In this document: one piece after another, positions 28,383 through 37,763 of the stretch | Layout: every line of letters starts with the position of its first letter | Position numbering within the stretch: position 1 is the first letter of the stretch | Assembly: GCA_963665235.2 (NCBI GenBank) | Contig: CAXXLX010000001.1 | Coordinates: 3,840,001-3,904,000, forward strand | Direction of reading: 5' to 3' | DNA: 64,000 nucleotides | DNA from: Candidatus Poribacteria bacterium | GTDB lineage: Bacteria > Poribacteria > WGA-4E > WGA-3G | Translations under genes and position numbers: made by a program | Notes under the pieces: generated by a model | What the model was told of the DNA's origin: nothing | Databases searched by the model: none | Seen by the model: only the letters and a program-made list of their open reading frames with translations

Positions 28383-29879
28383 GTGCCCAAAATGCTGGAT
28401 AATTTGCAAACTACGTTCAATTTCTACGGAAACGGCACCTTAGATGCCCAATTATCTCCTAAAGGTTACAAAGGATTTGCCGGATTTCACAAGTATTGGG
28501 GAAAAAAACCTACCGAGGTGTGGCGATTTCTGATAGGGAATTTGACATCACCTCAGGATATTGTTTTAGACCCATTCCTCGGTGCTGGACTTATAGCGAA
28601 AACGTGTATCAGTCACAATTGTCGCCTTATCGGTTTCGATGTCAATCCAATTAGTATTGCACTAACGAAACTTTATCTAAATCCGCCAGACTACATAGAC
28701 TTAAGAAATGCTATCTATGAAATTGAAAGGCGCGTCAAGCCGCTTATTAATGCCATGTATCTCGTATCCGATGGAAATATAGCGACGCATCTCCTCTGGG
28801 ACAATGACCAGATAACGCAGGTCTGGACAAAACGGAATGGGAAGAGAATTGAACTGAACCTCAATAAGCACGAACTCTCGGCACTTCAAAATGTGGCAAC
28901 ATATCATCCACAAAGACTACGGGAGCTCCGGTTGTTCGACAATTCGAGAATTAATTCACAAAAAACGCTTACTCTTACAGAACTTTTCTCTCCGCGTGCG
29001 TTACGGGCAATTGACTTAATCAAGGCCGAAATAGAACGGTTTTCTGGTGATTTAAAGAGAGCGTTGAATCTGATATTGTCGGCCTCAGTAGGGCAGATGT
29101 CTAACATGGTTTTTGCTGTCTCAAGAAGAGGAAAAACCGAGGGCATTGAAACAGGTAAAATTGAGGTCGGGAGCTGGACAATTGGGTATTGGTGCCCAGC
29201 ACAACATTTTGAAATAAATGCATGGAATTGTTATGCAATCAAAGCCAATAAATTGTTAAAAGCAGTCGGGGAGGCAGGTGACGCGAAACCTGTCACGATT
29301 TCCCCCTCTCTAAATAGTCTCCTAAATCAGCACGAAACCGTTTATGTCCAACAGGGGGACGCAGCGCAACTACTAACAGACGTTCCAACTGAATCAATCA
29401 AAGTCATCATAACCGATCCGCCGCATGGAGACAGGATTCCGTATTTGGAACTCAGTGAGATGTGGAACAGCGTCCTGTGTTTTGATTCTAACTACGAAGA
29501 TGAATTGGTTGTTTCAAATGCGAAAGGGCGCGGCAAAGATATCCGAGCTTATAACGAGAAATTAACCTCAATCTTCCATCAATGCGCCCGAGTTCTAGAA
29601 AAAGACGGGTTCTTGATAATCATGTTTAACGCAAGGGCTGCAGCCTATTGGCAAAGTCTTCGCCAATTGGAAGCAGCTACGGGACTTGCATATATCGGGT
29701 GTTATCCGAGCGCATATTCTGCCGGCTCAATCCTTCAAGATAATAGGAAAGGCGGATTAAAAACGGATTTCGTTCTGTTGTACGGAAAACAGATAAGCGA
29801 GAAAAATCTGGAGAAAACCGTGGCAACCTTTAGCGATGTAAAAGGTTGGACAACCCGCTATCCCAAGGAAAGTGAGTGA
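28383..29879 (+). CDS. Amino (N6-A/N4-C) DNA methyltransferase
   Basis: HKYWGKKP, SAM motif DPFLGAG, catalytic TDPPH. Confidence 0.85.
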   Translation: MPKMLDNLQTTFNFYGNGTLDAQLSPKGYKGFAGFHKYWGKKPTEVWRFLIGNLTSPQDIVLDPFLGAGLIAKTCISHNCRLIGFDVNPISIALTKLYLNPPDYIDLRNAIYEIERRVKPLINAMYLVSDGNIATHLLWDNDQITQVWTKRNGKRIELNLNKHELSALQNVATYHPQRLRELRLFDNSRINSQKTLTLTELFSPRALRAIDLIKAEIERFSGDLKRALNLILSASVGQMSNMVFAVSRRGKTEGIETGKIEVGSWTIGYWCPAQHFEINAWNCYAIKANKLLKAVGEAGDAKPVTISPSLNSLLNQHETVYVQQGDAAQLLTDVPTESIKVIITDPPHGDRIPYLELSEMWNSVLCFDSNYEDELVVSNAKGRGKDIRAYNEKLTSIFHQCARVLEKDGFLIIMFNARAAAYWQSLRQLEAATGLAYIGCYPSAYSAGSILQDNRKGGLKTDFVLLYGKQISEKNLEKTVATFSDVKGWTTRYPKESE

Positions 29880-30973
29880 AAACGTTGGATTTTAATACGG
29901 CTGTGAACCTATTCAAAAACGATAAAATTCGTGAACTCTCCACAACAGCTGAGGGAATGCGGTTTTTAAAGCTACGTTCACTCTCGCGAAAGGTGCATCT
30001 CGATTACCTTATCAATGAATTTGAAATAGACATCGGAACCCGCAGCTCAAACAATGAGAGGCTGAGGCTACTTTACGAGTCAGATATTTGCTCTGTAAGT
30101 ATAAACCACGCCATACAGATATTGTTTGAAAAAGAACGAGAAACCCGACAGAAAAACGAACAACAATTGATAAATGAGTTGTACAAAGTTCAGTCTTTTG
30201 ATTGGGGGGGTTTACACCGAAACAGTTTAGAAACAACAATTGTAAATAGGTATGTGAAGAAAATAACCTCTTATGAATTCCTGCATGATGAAATAGAAGG
30301 TACACTTCACAAGCGTTTAAGGTCTTACGTCCTCGCTTCTTGGTACAATCATTGGACCTCTATCATTATTGAGGATATTTTTAAGGAACATGCGAAGGTG
30401 ATTCCAGCGGTGGGACAGATAAAGAAAATTGACTTTTTCCTTAACAATAAACCGTTCGATTTAAAAGTCACATACCTACCTGAAGGCTATATTAAAGATT
30501 GTCGCAAGGCTAACGGATTACGCCCTGAGTTGACCTTAATGAAAATTTCAGCTCGAAAACTAAATATTGCTTTCGACGCATCAGCTCCGGAATCAGTGTT
30601 AATTCCTGATTTATGGCGTAAACTTGACGACAATCCTAATGATAGTGCGCGCGAATTGATAGATGAACTACAAACATATAGGGAGGAGGTATTAAACACC
30701 GCTATCACCGAGCCGAAATCACTCGGACGATGGTTTTATGAAAATCAAGGCCTGCGGCGTTTCGATGCTTCAAATCGGTTGTTTCTTGTGCTGGTAGATA
30801 AAACCAACTTTTTTGATTCGTGGAAATTAAAAAGAGCTCGACCGTTGATTGCCGCACACGTAACCAATTACCTGGAAGAAGCTAATACAGATGTAGGTTT
30901 TCAACTCGACTTCTATTGGGATGGAGAAACCTACTCAACTGAAGCAGATGTGATATTTGTTACCAAGCAATAA
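29876..30973 (+). CDS. Putative type II restriction endonuclease
   Basis: 4-bp overlap with the MTase gene; E..F ... IDFF ... DLK resembles a PD-(D/E)xK site; AT-rich. Confidence 0.6.
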   Translation: MKTLDFNTAVNLFKNDKIRELSTTAEGMRFLKLRSLSRKVHLDYLINEFEIDIGTRSSNNERLRLLYESDICSVSINHAIQILFEKERETRQKNEQQLINELYKVQSFDWGGLHRNSLETTIVNRYVKKITSYEFLHDEIEGTLHKRLRSYVLASWYNHWTSIIIEDIFKEHAKVIPAVGQIKKIDFFLNNKPFDLKVTYLPEGYIKDCRKANGLRPELTLMKISARKLNIAFDASAPESVLIPDLWRKLDDNPNDSARELIDELQTYREEVLNTAITEPKSLGRWFYENQGLRRFDASNRLFLVLVDKTNFFDSWKLKRARPLIAAHVTNYLEEANTDVGFQLDFYWDGETYSTEADVIFVTKQ

Positions 30974-31078
30974 TAACATAAAACCCCCTTATGAATTGGA
31001 TACATCGTGAATTTCTTTTCAAATTTTTAATATAAAATATAATCCAATCCGACACATGTCTATGAAATGGAGGAAGAC

Positions 31079-32005
31079 GTGGCTAGAAAAAAAATTAGTG
31101 TTATTGGTGCCGGCAACGTCGGCGCGACCGCAGCATTCCTTATTGCACAAAAACAACTCGGGAATGTTGTCCTGATAGACATCATTGACGGAGTCCCGCA
31201 GGGAAAGGCATTAGATATGGCTGAAACTGCCCCCGTAGAAATGTTCGACGCTGCAATTAGTGGCGACCTCGATTATACCGCTACCGCAGACTCCGATTTA
31301 GTAATTATTACATCGGGCTCCCCACGCAAACCGGGGATGACTCGGGAAGACCTATTGCAAACGAACGCCAAAATCGTTGGGAGTGTCACCGAAAATGTCG
31401 TGAAACACTCGCCTGACTGTATCCTGATGATGCTGACAAATCCGCTGGACATCATGACATACCACGCGTGGAAGGTCTCCGATTTTCCATCACACCGTGT
31501 CCTCGGACAGGCGGGTGTCCTAGACTCCGCTCGGTTCCGCTATTTTATTTCGCTTGAGCTTGGCGTATCGGTAGAAGACATCCACGCGCTCGTCCTCGGC
31601 GGACATGGCGATACGATGGTCCCGCTACCCCGTTATACAACTGTCAACGGCATCCCGATTCCGCAGTTGATACCAGCAGAGCGCATCGAGGCGATGGCAC
31701 AACGTACCCGTGACGGTGGGGCTGAAGTTGTCAATCTTCTCAAGACAAGTGGCTATTATGCCGCGGGTGCCTCGTTGGCACAGATGGCCGAAGCTATCAT
31801 TCTGGATAAGAAACGTCTCTTGCCGTGTTCCGCGCATCTTACCGGACAATACGGCATAGATGACCTCTATATCGGGGTTCCGATTAAATTAGGCGCGGGC
31901 GGGGTTGAAGAGATTATTGAAATCGAATTGACCGATGACGAACGCGCATCTTTACAGCATTCCGCACAAACTTACCGTGATGGAATTGCACTGTTGGGAT
32001 ACTAA
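31079..32005 (+). CDS. mdh: Malate dehydrogenase (LDH-like)
   Basis: GAGNVG, PQGKALD, PRKPGMTREDL, NPLD, LDSAR, GGHGD; GTG start after GGAGG. Confidence 0.95.
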   Translation: MARKKISVIGAGNVGATAAFLIAQKQLGNVVLIDIIDGVPQGKALDMAETAPVEMFDAAISGDLDYTATADSDLVIITSGSPRKPGMTREDLLQTNAKIVGSVTENVVKHSPDCILMMLTNPLDIMTYHAWKVSDFPSHRVLGQAGVLDSARFRYFISLELGVSVEDIHALVLGGHGDTMVPLPRYTTVNGIPIPQLIPAERIEAMAQRTRDGGAEVVNLLKTSGYYAAGASLAQMAEAIILDKKRLLPCSAHLTGQYGIDDLYIGVPIKLGAGGVEEIIEIELTDDERASLQHSAQTYRDGIALLGY

Positions 32006-32015
32006 GCAATATGGC

Positions 32016-32065
32016 TAGGACTTACGCAGCAGGTGTTTATAACTGCAATATTTCGTGTAAGTGCT
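32016..32065. repeat. Short inverted-repeat element TAGGACTTACGCA..GTGTAAGTGCT
   Basis: Imperfect terminal inverted repeats in the mdh-LamG gap. Confidence 0.5.
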
Positions 32066-32104
32066 CCATAACACGAAAAACCCACAGAAAAGGAGAGAAA
32101 ACTC

Positions 32105-32896
32105 ATGTTTGATAAGATAATGTTGATTTTAACTTTCACGACCTGTGCCCTGTTTCTCGCTATCCCTGCGGTGAATGCCGAATTCCCCGAAGATGGCGTG
32201 GTCGGCTACTGGCCGTTCGACGATGGCACGATTCAAAACAAAAACGTCAAAGACGTTTTAGGCAAAAATGATGGTGAACTTAATGGAAACCCCAAATCCG
32301 TTGCTGGTAAAGTTGGAAAAGCACTTGAATTCAACGGTGACAATTTTGTCCATATCCCTGGCGACGATTCATTAAACTTCGTTGGTGCCGAAGCGATGAC
32401 TGTTGCGGCTTGGGTAAATGCTGACAACGATCTGCCAGTGAAAGGTGTGCTTGCTAACTGTTGCGGGACCATCGTTGCTCAACGCGATATGAATAGCTGG
32501 GCATTGCGATTTGATGGCAGAAATGGTGGAGCGGAAATGGAATTTATTGCCACCCCAGGCTGGCAGGGAGATGGCGGTTTTGGAGCCGCTGCCTTTCCCG
32601 CAGGTCAATGGAACCACCTCGTCGGAATTATTGATAAAAACAAGCGGTTTCTCTATGTGAATGGCAAATTAGAAAAAGAGGCGGATTACAACGGGCCGAT
32701 GGCTTCAAACGGTTCTGAAACGGAAATTGGTAACGCAAGCGATGGCGGCTTCATCGGGATTATCGACGAGGTCGTGATTTACAACAGAGCCCTCTCCGCC
32801 AATGAGGTGAAACAACTATTTGCTGCTGAAGGGCTGCCAGTTCAACCACAAGGCAAACTTGCCACCCGATGGGGACAAATCAAATCCTCATTTTAA
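32105..32896 (+). CDS. Secreted LamG-like jellyroll protein with C-terminal 'VQPQGKLATRWGQIK' tail
   Basis: Signal peptide, GYWPFD, GKVGKALEF.G, W.HL, GIIDEV.IYN.AL. Confidence 0.88.
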   Translation: MFDKIMLILTFTTCALFLAIPAVNAEFPEDGVVGYWPFDDGTIQNKNVKDVLGKNDGELNGNPKSVAGKVGKALEFNGDNFVHIPGDDSLNFVGAEAMTVAAWVNADNDLPVKGVLANCCGTIVAQRDMNSWALRFDGRNGGAEMEFIATPGWQGDGGFGAAAFPAGQWNHLVGIIDKNKRFLYVNGKLEKEADYNGPMASNGSETEIGNASDGGFIGIIDEVVIYNRALSANEVKQLFAAEGLPVQPQGKLATRWGQIKSSF

Positions 32897-32991
32897 ATTG
32901 GCGCTCCTTCTCAATAGGCGGATTGACGAATCTACCTATATTGCATGTAGTTCAAAGTATAGCGGGACCGTTTTCAAAAAGAGGAAAAATT

Positions 32992-33789
32992 ATGTTTTCA
33001 AAGGGACTTACGATATTCATACTCAGTATTGGCGCGCTGTGCGTTCTTATTTCTAACGCCGATGCCCAACTGCCTATAAATGGCGTTGTCGGTTACTGGT
33101 CTTTCGATGATGGCACGATTAATGGCAAAAACGTCGAAGACCTACTAGGCGACAACGACGGTGAACTAGAGGGAAATCCGAAAATTGTCCCTGGAAAGGT
33201 CGGAAAAGCACTTGAATTCAACGGCGATAATGCAGTGCGTATTGCGGGCACAGCCTCTTTAAACTTCAAAGGTGCAGAAGAAATGAGCGTCGCCGCTTGG
33301 GTCAAGCCCGCGAGTGATAAGCCCGTTAAAGGCGTAATTGCCAATACGTGTTGCGGCACAATTGTTGGACAACGTGATAGTGAGGGGTGGGTGTTAAGAT
33401 TTGATGGTAGAAATGTCGGTAAAGAGATGGTGCTGATAGTGCAACCGGGCTGGCAGGGACACAATACACTTGGCGTTCCCCCGTTTAACAAAGGGACATG
33501 GCATCACTTGGTAGGCGTTGTTGATAAAAACAGGTTGCTGCTCTATGTTGATGGGAAATTGGAAAGTGAGGTTGGATACAACGGACCGATGTCTACAAAA
33601 GGCACGGCAACCGAAATCGGCAACGCCAAAGCGGATGGCGGTTTTATCGGGATTATTGACGAAGTCCTGATTTACAACAAAGCTGTCACCGCTAACGAGG
33701 TTAAACAACTTTTTACGGCACAAGGACTGCTAGTTCACCCACAAGGCAAACTTGCCACCCGATGGGGACAAATCAAAGCGGCACGGTAG
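32992..33789 (+). CDS. Secreted LamG-like jellyroll protein, tandem paralog
   Basis: Colinear with 32105-32896; same tail VHPQGKLATRWGQIK. Confidence 0.88.
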   Translation: MFSKGLTIFILSIGALCVLISNADAQLPINGVVGYWSFDDGTINGKNVEDLLGDNDGELEGNPKIVPGKVGKALEFNGDNAVRIAGTASLNFKGAEEMSVAAWVKPASDKPVKGVIANTCCGTIVGQRDSEGWVLRFDGRNVGKEMVLIVQPGWQGHNTLGVPPFNKGTWHHLVGVVDKNRLLLYVDGKLESEVGYNGPMSTKGTATEIGNAKADGGFIGIIDEVLIYNKAVTANEVKQLFTAQGLLVHPQGKLATRWGQIKAAR

Positions 33790-33841
33790 GTGACATTCTT
33801 ATGTAGGAACGAGCTGTGCACGCGATAGGCGGTACAATTGA

Positions 33842-33876
33842 CTATGCGCGCTGTGCGTTTTAGCAAGCGCGCATAG
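33842..33876. terminator. Hairpin CTATGCGCGC..GCGCGCATAG (terminator or REP-like)
   Basis: Perfect 10-bp stem between convergent LamG sequences. Confidence 0.45.
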
Positions 33877-33899
33877 CCAAAAAAGTTAAGTGGGTTGTG

Positions 33900-34110
33900 T
33901 TAATACCGTGCTTTAACAGTTTCCCACGGAGTTGCTATTTGTTTGCCGATTCAACATCAGAGAGTGTAGGGGCAAGCCCTTTGTTCTTCAGCGTCTCAAT
34001 ATCACGCTGCTCCAGGGCAACGTTGAAAATTGTAACCTCATCAATAATTGCATTTCCCAATCTACCGGCACAACAGCTATTCCTACCGATAAAAACGGGA
34101 AATGTCACAA
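33900..34110 (-). pseudogene. LamG 3' remnant with frameshifted C-terminal tail
   Basis: IGRNSCCAGR..IIDEVTIFNVAL..DVESANK, then after a 1-nt shift ATPWETVKARY*; no 5' part present. Confidence 0.7.
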
Positions 34111-34140
34111 CACCGAATTTTTCGAGGAATATCACAACCG

Positions 34141-35283
34141 ATGAAAATTACAGCGATTCAAACCTTCATGGCGAACTTCGGCAACCGACCCCGGGGGCTT
34201 ATCAAAGTTGAAACGGACGAAGGCATCCACGGCTGGGGAGAAGCCTACTCCACAGGTCCAGACCTTTCGGTCGAACCGATTGCCGACTATATTTTTCAGA
34301 TGATTCAAGGGGACGACCCCCGCCGGATTGAATACATCATGCTGAAACTGCACCAGCAGTTCCGATTTCCGCCCGGTGGTGCGGGGCTTGCCGTTATCTC
34401 CGCAATTGACCACGCGCTGTGGGACATCAGCGGGAAAGCAGCGGGGTTGCCGGTCTACATGCTGCTTGGCGGGCACGCTCGAGACCGCATTCGGATCTAT
34501 CGCGGCATCGGCGGGAGAGACGGCATAGAAGCTGCCGAGCAGGCGCACAAACTACATGAGGAGTGGGGATTCACCGCCTTCAAAACAAGTCCGTATCAGC
34601 TCAATCCGGATGCTGATAGGTGGGGAAGGGTCTGTGCTGCTGCCGCCACGTACTTTGAACAGCTCCGGTTGAATACCCCGGACGATTGGGAGTTTGCTTT
34701 TGACCCGCACGCGAAGATTTTTGAGCCGATTCGTGCACTTCAGCTTGCTAACGCCTTAGCACCATTCGATCCGTTTTTCTACGAGGAGCCGCTGCGTCCG
34801 GAACATATACCTGCATGGGCGCGCCTCCGTTCACAAATGGCAGTGCCTCTGGCGACAGGTGAATCGCTATATACTCGGTTTGAATTCCTTGACCTCATCG
34901 CAGCGCAGGGGGCAGACATCATTCAGCCGGATGTTTGCGTTTGCGGTGGGTTATTAGAGATGCGAAAAATCGCAGCGATTGCAGAAGCACATTACGTCAC
35001 TGTTGCTCCGCACAACCCGATGGGACCGCTGGCAACTGCTGTCAATGTTCACTTCGCCGCTGCAACCCCGAACTTCAAAATCCTTGAATATCTCCTGCCA
35101 ACCGAGAGTGCTTGGAATACCTGGGTAGACGAACCGTATATGCCCAAAGATGGCTATCTGGAGCTACGAAATCGCCCCGGTCTCGGTGTAGACATCAACG
35201 AAGCAGCTGTCACAGATAACGAATACGTTCATTGGCAACGAACATGTCCCATACGGCCCGATGGATCAACCGGTTATATTTAA
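34141..35283 (+). CDS. Mandelate racemase/muconate lactonizing family (galactonate dehydratase-like)
   Basis: ETDEG.HGWGE, ALWDI.GK..G.PVY.LLGG, EEP, GES, QPD, APHNP.GP. Confidence 0.9.
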   Translation: MKITAIQTFMANFGNRPRGLIKVETDEGIHGWGEAYSTGPDLSVEPIADYIFQMIQGDDPRRIEYIMLKLHQQFRFPPGGAGLAVISAIDHALWDISGKAAGLPVYMLLGGHARDRIRIYRGIGGRDGIEAAEQAHKLHEEWGFTAFKTSPYQLNPDADRWGRVCAAAATYFEQLRLNTPDDWEFAFDPHAKIFEPIRALQLANALAPFDPFFYEEPLRPEHIPAWARLRSQMAVPLATGESLYTRFEFLDLIAAQGADIIQPDVCVCGGLLEMRKIAAIAEAHYVTVAPHNPMGPLATAVNVHFAAATPNFKILEYLLPTESAWNTWVDEPYMPKDGYLELRNRPGLGVDINEAAVTDNEYVHWQRTCPIRPDGSTGYI

Positions 35284-35333
35284 AAACAAGCACGCGGGAA
35301 ACCGCGTAACTACAAACGGAGAATAGAAAATTT

Positions 35334-36386
35334 ATGGAACCTGTAAAAATAGGTGTAATTGGATGTGGTGTCATCGGAAGTAGACACCTCAGTACCGCGT
35401 CGAACGCAGAAAATATTGAGCTGGTCGCCGCAGCGGACCTAATAGAGGCGAACAGGACGCGAGCCGCTGAACGTTTCAATCCACCGAAGATGTATGATAA
35501 CGATATTGACCTGCTTGACGATGATGCAGTGGAGGCGGTTGTCCTAGCGTTTCCAACGCAATACCGGACTGAAGTCGCTCTGCGCGCCTTTGAACGTGGA
35601 AAGCACGTCCTAATAGAGAAACCGATTGCTATGAACGCCGGGGAGGTTGAACAGATGATTGCCGCCCGGGGCGAGCTGGTGTCAGGGTGTTGCTCCTCCA
35701 GAAACCGTTTTAACAAGGCGGCCCGACTTGTTACGCAGCTGATTACGTCAGGCGGTTTGGGGGAACTCCGTACCGTTTACTGTCGCGCGATTGGCGGTGC
35801 AGGAAAAGAACCGGGCAGCCCACGTCCTGCATGGCGGTTGACGAAAGCTCTCAACGGCGGCGGTATTCTTGTTAACTGGGGATGTTACGATATTGACTAC
35901 CTGCTCGGGATTACGGGATGGCAGCTCAAACCGACAACTGTGTTAGCACAAACGTGGACGGTGCCCCCCGTATTTGACTCGCATATCGCATCCGGCTCCG
36001 ATGCTGAGACACATTACTCCGCGCTTATCCAATGCGAAGGGGGCACCGCGATTAGCCTAGAGCGAGGCGAGTTTATGACACTACAAGCACAGTCCGACTG
36101 GCAAATTGTCGGTTCAAAGGGCTCTCTCAAACTTAGGATGGGCAATGGAAACCCAGACAGTGTTGTCCACAATCAGACGACAACGGCAGAGGGGGTCAGT
36201 TCTCAGACACTTGAGGATACCGGGGACACCGATGGACCGCATCACACGGATCCGTTAGTCGATTTTGCCGCTGCAATCCGTGAAAACCGACAACCGCTAA
36301 CCGGCTTGGAAGAGTCTTTTGTGGTTCAGAAGATAACGGATGCAATTTACGCCTCTGCCGAAACGGGCAGTGCTGTTGCACTATAG
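35334..36386 (+). CDS. Gfo/Idh/MocA oxidoreductase
   Basis: GVIGCG.IG, GKHVLIEKP, GGG. Confidence 0.9.
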   Translation: MEPVKIGVIGCGVIGSRHLSTASNAENIELVAAADLIEANRTRAAERFNPPKMYDNDIDLLDDDAVEAVVLAFPTQYRTEVALRAFERGKHVLIEKPIAMNAGEVEQMIAARGELVSGCCSSRNRFNKAARLVTQLITSGGLGELRTVYCRAIGGAGKEPGSPRPAWRLTKALNGGGILVNWGCYDIDYLLGITGWQLKPTTVLAQTWTVPPVFDSHIASGSDAETHYSALIQCEGGTAISLERGEFMTLQAQSDWQIVGSKGSLKLRMGNGNPDSVVHNQTTTAEGVSSQTLEDTGDTDGPHHTDPLVDFAAAIRENRQPLTGLEESFVVQKITDAIYASAETGSAVAL

Positions 36387-36405
36387 GAGAATGGCTGGGT
36401 TCGTG

Positions 36406-36431
36406 GTAGGGAAACCATTCATGGTTTCCCT
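36406..36431 (+). repeat. GTAG-type REP-like palindrome
   Basis: GTA-GGGAAACCAT-TC-ATGGTTTCCC. Confidence 0.65.
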
Positions 36432-36519
36432 CGATTTACCGAACTATTTATGGTGTAGAGAGCCAGAATGAGGCACATCAAGCGGTCATGAGGCACGTTA
36501 GCGAATGTGTTGTTGTGTT

Positions 36520-37225
36520 TTCTATAAATATACCGCCCCGATGGGGCTAGATTGTCTGGCACTTGTGCTTCTATAAACATACCGCCCCGATGGGGCTAGA
36601 TTGTCTGGCACTTGTGCTTCTATAAACATACCGCCCCGATGGGGCTAGATTGTGTTGTGTTGTTGTGTTTTCTATAAATATACCGCCCCGATGGGGCTAG
36701 ATTGTGTTGTGTTGTTGTGTTTTCTATAAATATACCGCCCCGATGGGGCTAGATTGTGTTGTGTTGTTGTGTTTTCTATAAATATACCGCCCCGATGGGG
36801 CTAGATTGTGTTGTGTTGTGTTTTCTATAAATATACCGCCCCGATGGGGCTAGATTGTCCGGCACTTGTGCTTCTATAAACATACCGCCCCGATGGGGCT
36901 AGATTGTGTTGTGTTGTTGTGTTTTCTATAAATATACCGCCCCGATGGGGCTAGATTGTCTGGTTGTTGTGTTCACTATTAAAATGTCGCCCCGATACGC
37001 CTAGTCCCGTAGGGACGATATATTTATAGAAGCAGATGTTTCCCCAACCCCTAGTTGTTGACGATATATTTATAAATATGTTTCCCCGCCCCGATGGGGC
37101 TAGATTGTCTGGCGTTCACATTAAACCTGTCGCCCCGATACGCCTAGTCCCGTAGGGACGATATATTTATAGAAGCAGATGTTTCCACAACCCCTAGGCC
37201 CGTAGGGACGATATATTTATAGAGA
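36520..37225 (+). repeat. Array of CCCCGATGGGG palindromic units (9 direct copies at 49/52-bp period, then degenerate and inverted partner units)
   Basis: TCTATAAA(T/C)ATACCGCCCCGATGGGGCTAGATTGT at 36521, 36570, 36619, 36671, 36723, 36775, 36824, 36873 and 36925; inverted CCCGTAGGGACGATATATTTATAGA units follow. Confidence 0.92.
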
Positions 37226-37282
37226 AAATGTTTCGGCACATTTATTTTCAAACTCACGTTTAAGTACAAAAATTTTACACAC

Positions 37283-37521
37283 CCATTTCTAATTGAAAAT
37301 GTCTCTTTGTAGTAGCATAAACTTCCAGTTTGTGCATTTTTGTAGTAGCATAAATATTTTGTGCGTTTTATCGTAGCATAAACTTATAGTTTGTGCGTTT
37401 TATCGTAGCATAAACTTATAGTTTGTGCGTTTTATCGTAGCATAAACTTATAGTTTGGGTCTTCCGTTCTCCGTTTCATTTCTAACAACCGGTAATGATA
37501 GAATAATTAATAAAAATGGTA
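37283..37521 (-). mobile_element. MITE-like element family A, copy 3 (inverted, 5 units, one end clipped)
   Basis: Reverse complement of the family A body; ATGGTA|TAA at the right end; GTAGCATAAACTT..AGTTTG units. Confidence 0.8.
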
Positions 37522-37562
37522 TAATATGCGCTTTGACGCGCGTCAGAGTTCTCTTTCTCTTT

Positions 37563-37702
37563 CTCTTGCCAATTGCTATTGCCAAAGAGATTGTTACGCA
37601 TCGGACACTCCGCGTTCTCCGTGTTCTCCGTGTGTCATCCGCGATTCTGACAACACAAGCGAAATCCGCCCTTCCATTCTTCCACCCTTCCACCCTTCCC
37701 TC
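37563..37702 (-). repeat. Composite STR element, inverted homologue of 3575-3705
   Basis: Shared CCGCGATTC.GACAA.ACA.GCGAAATCC core plus CCTTCCAC octamers. Confidence 0.78.
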
Positions 37703-37763
37703 TATCATAATACAAAAACTTTACACACCCAAATGAAAGCACGCCTACAGCGGATAGATAAAC

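Noticed and set aside
36520-36960. CRISPR array
   Set aside because: Linkers are only 14-17 bp and of two recurring types; inverted units follow; no cas genes.
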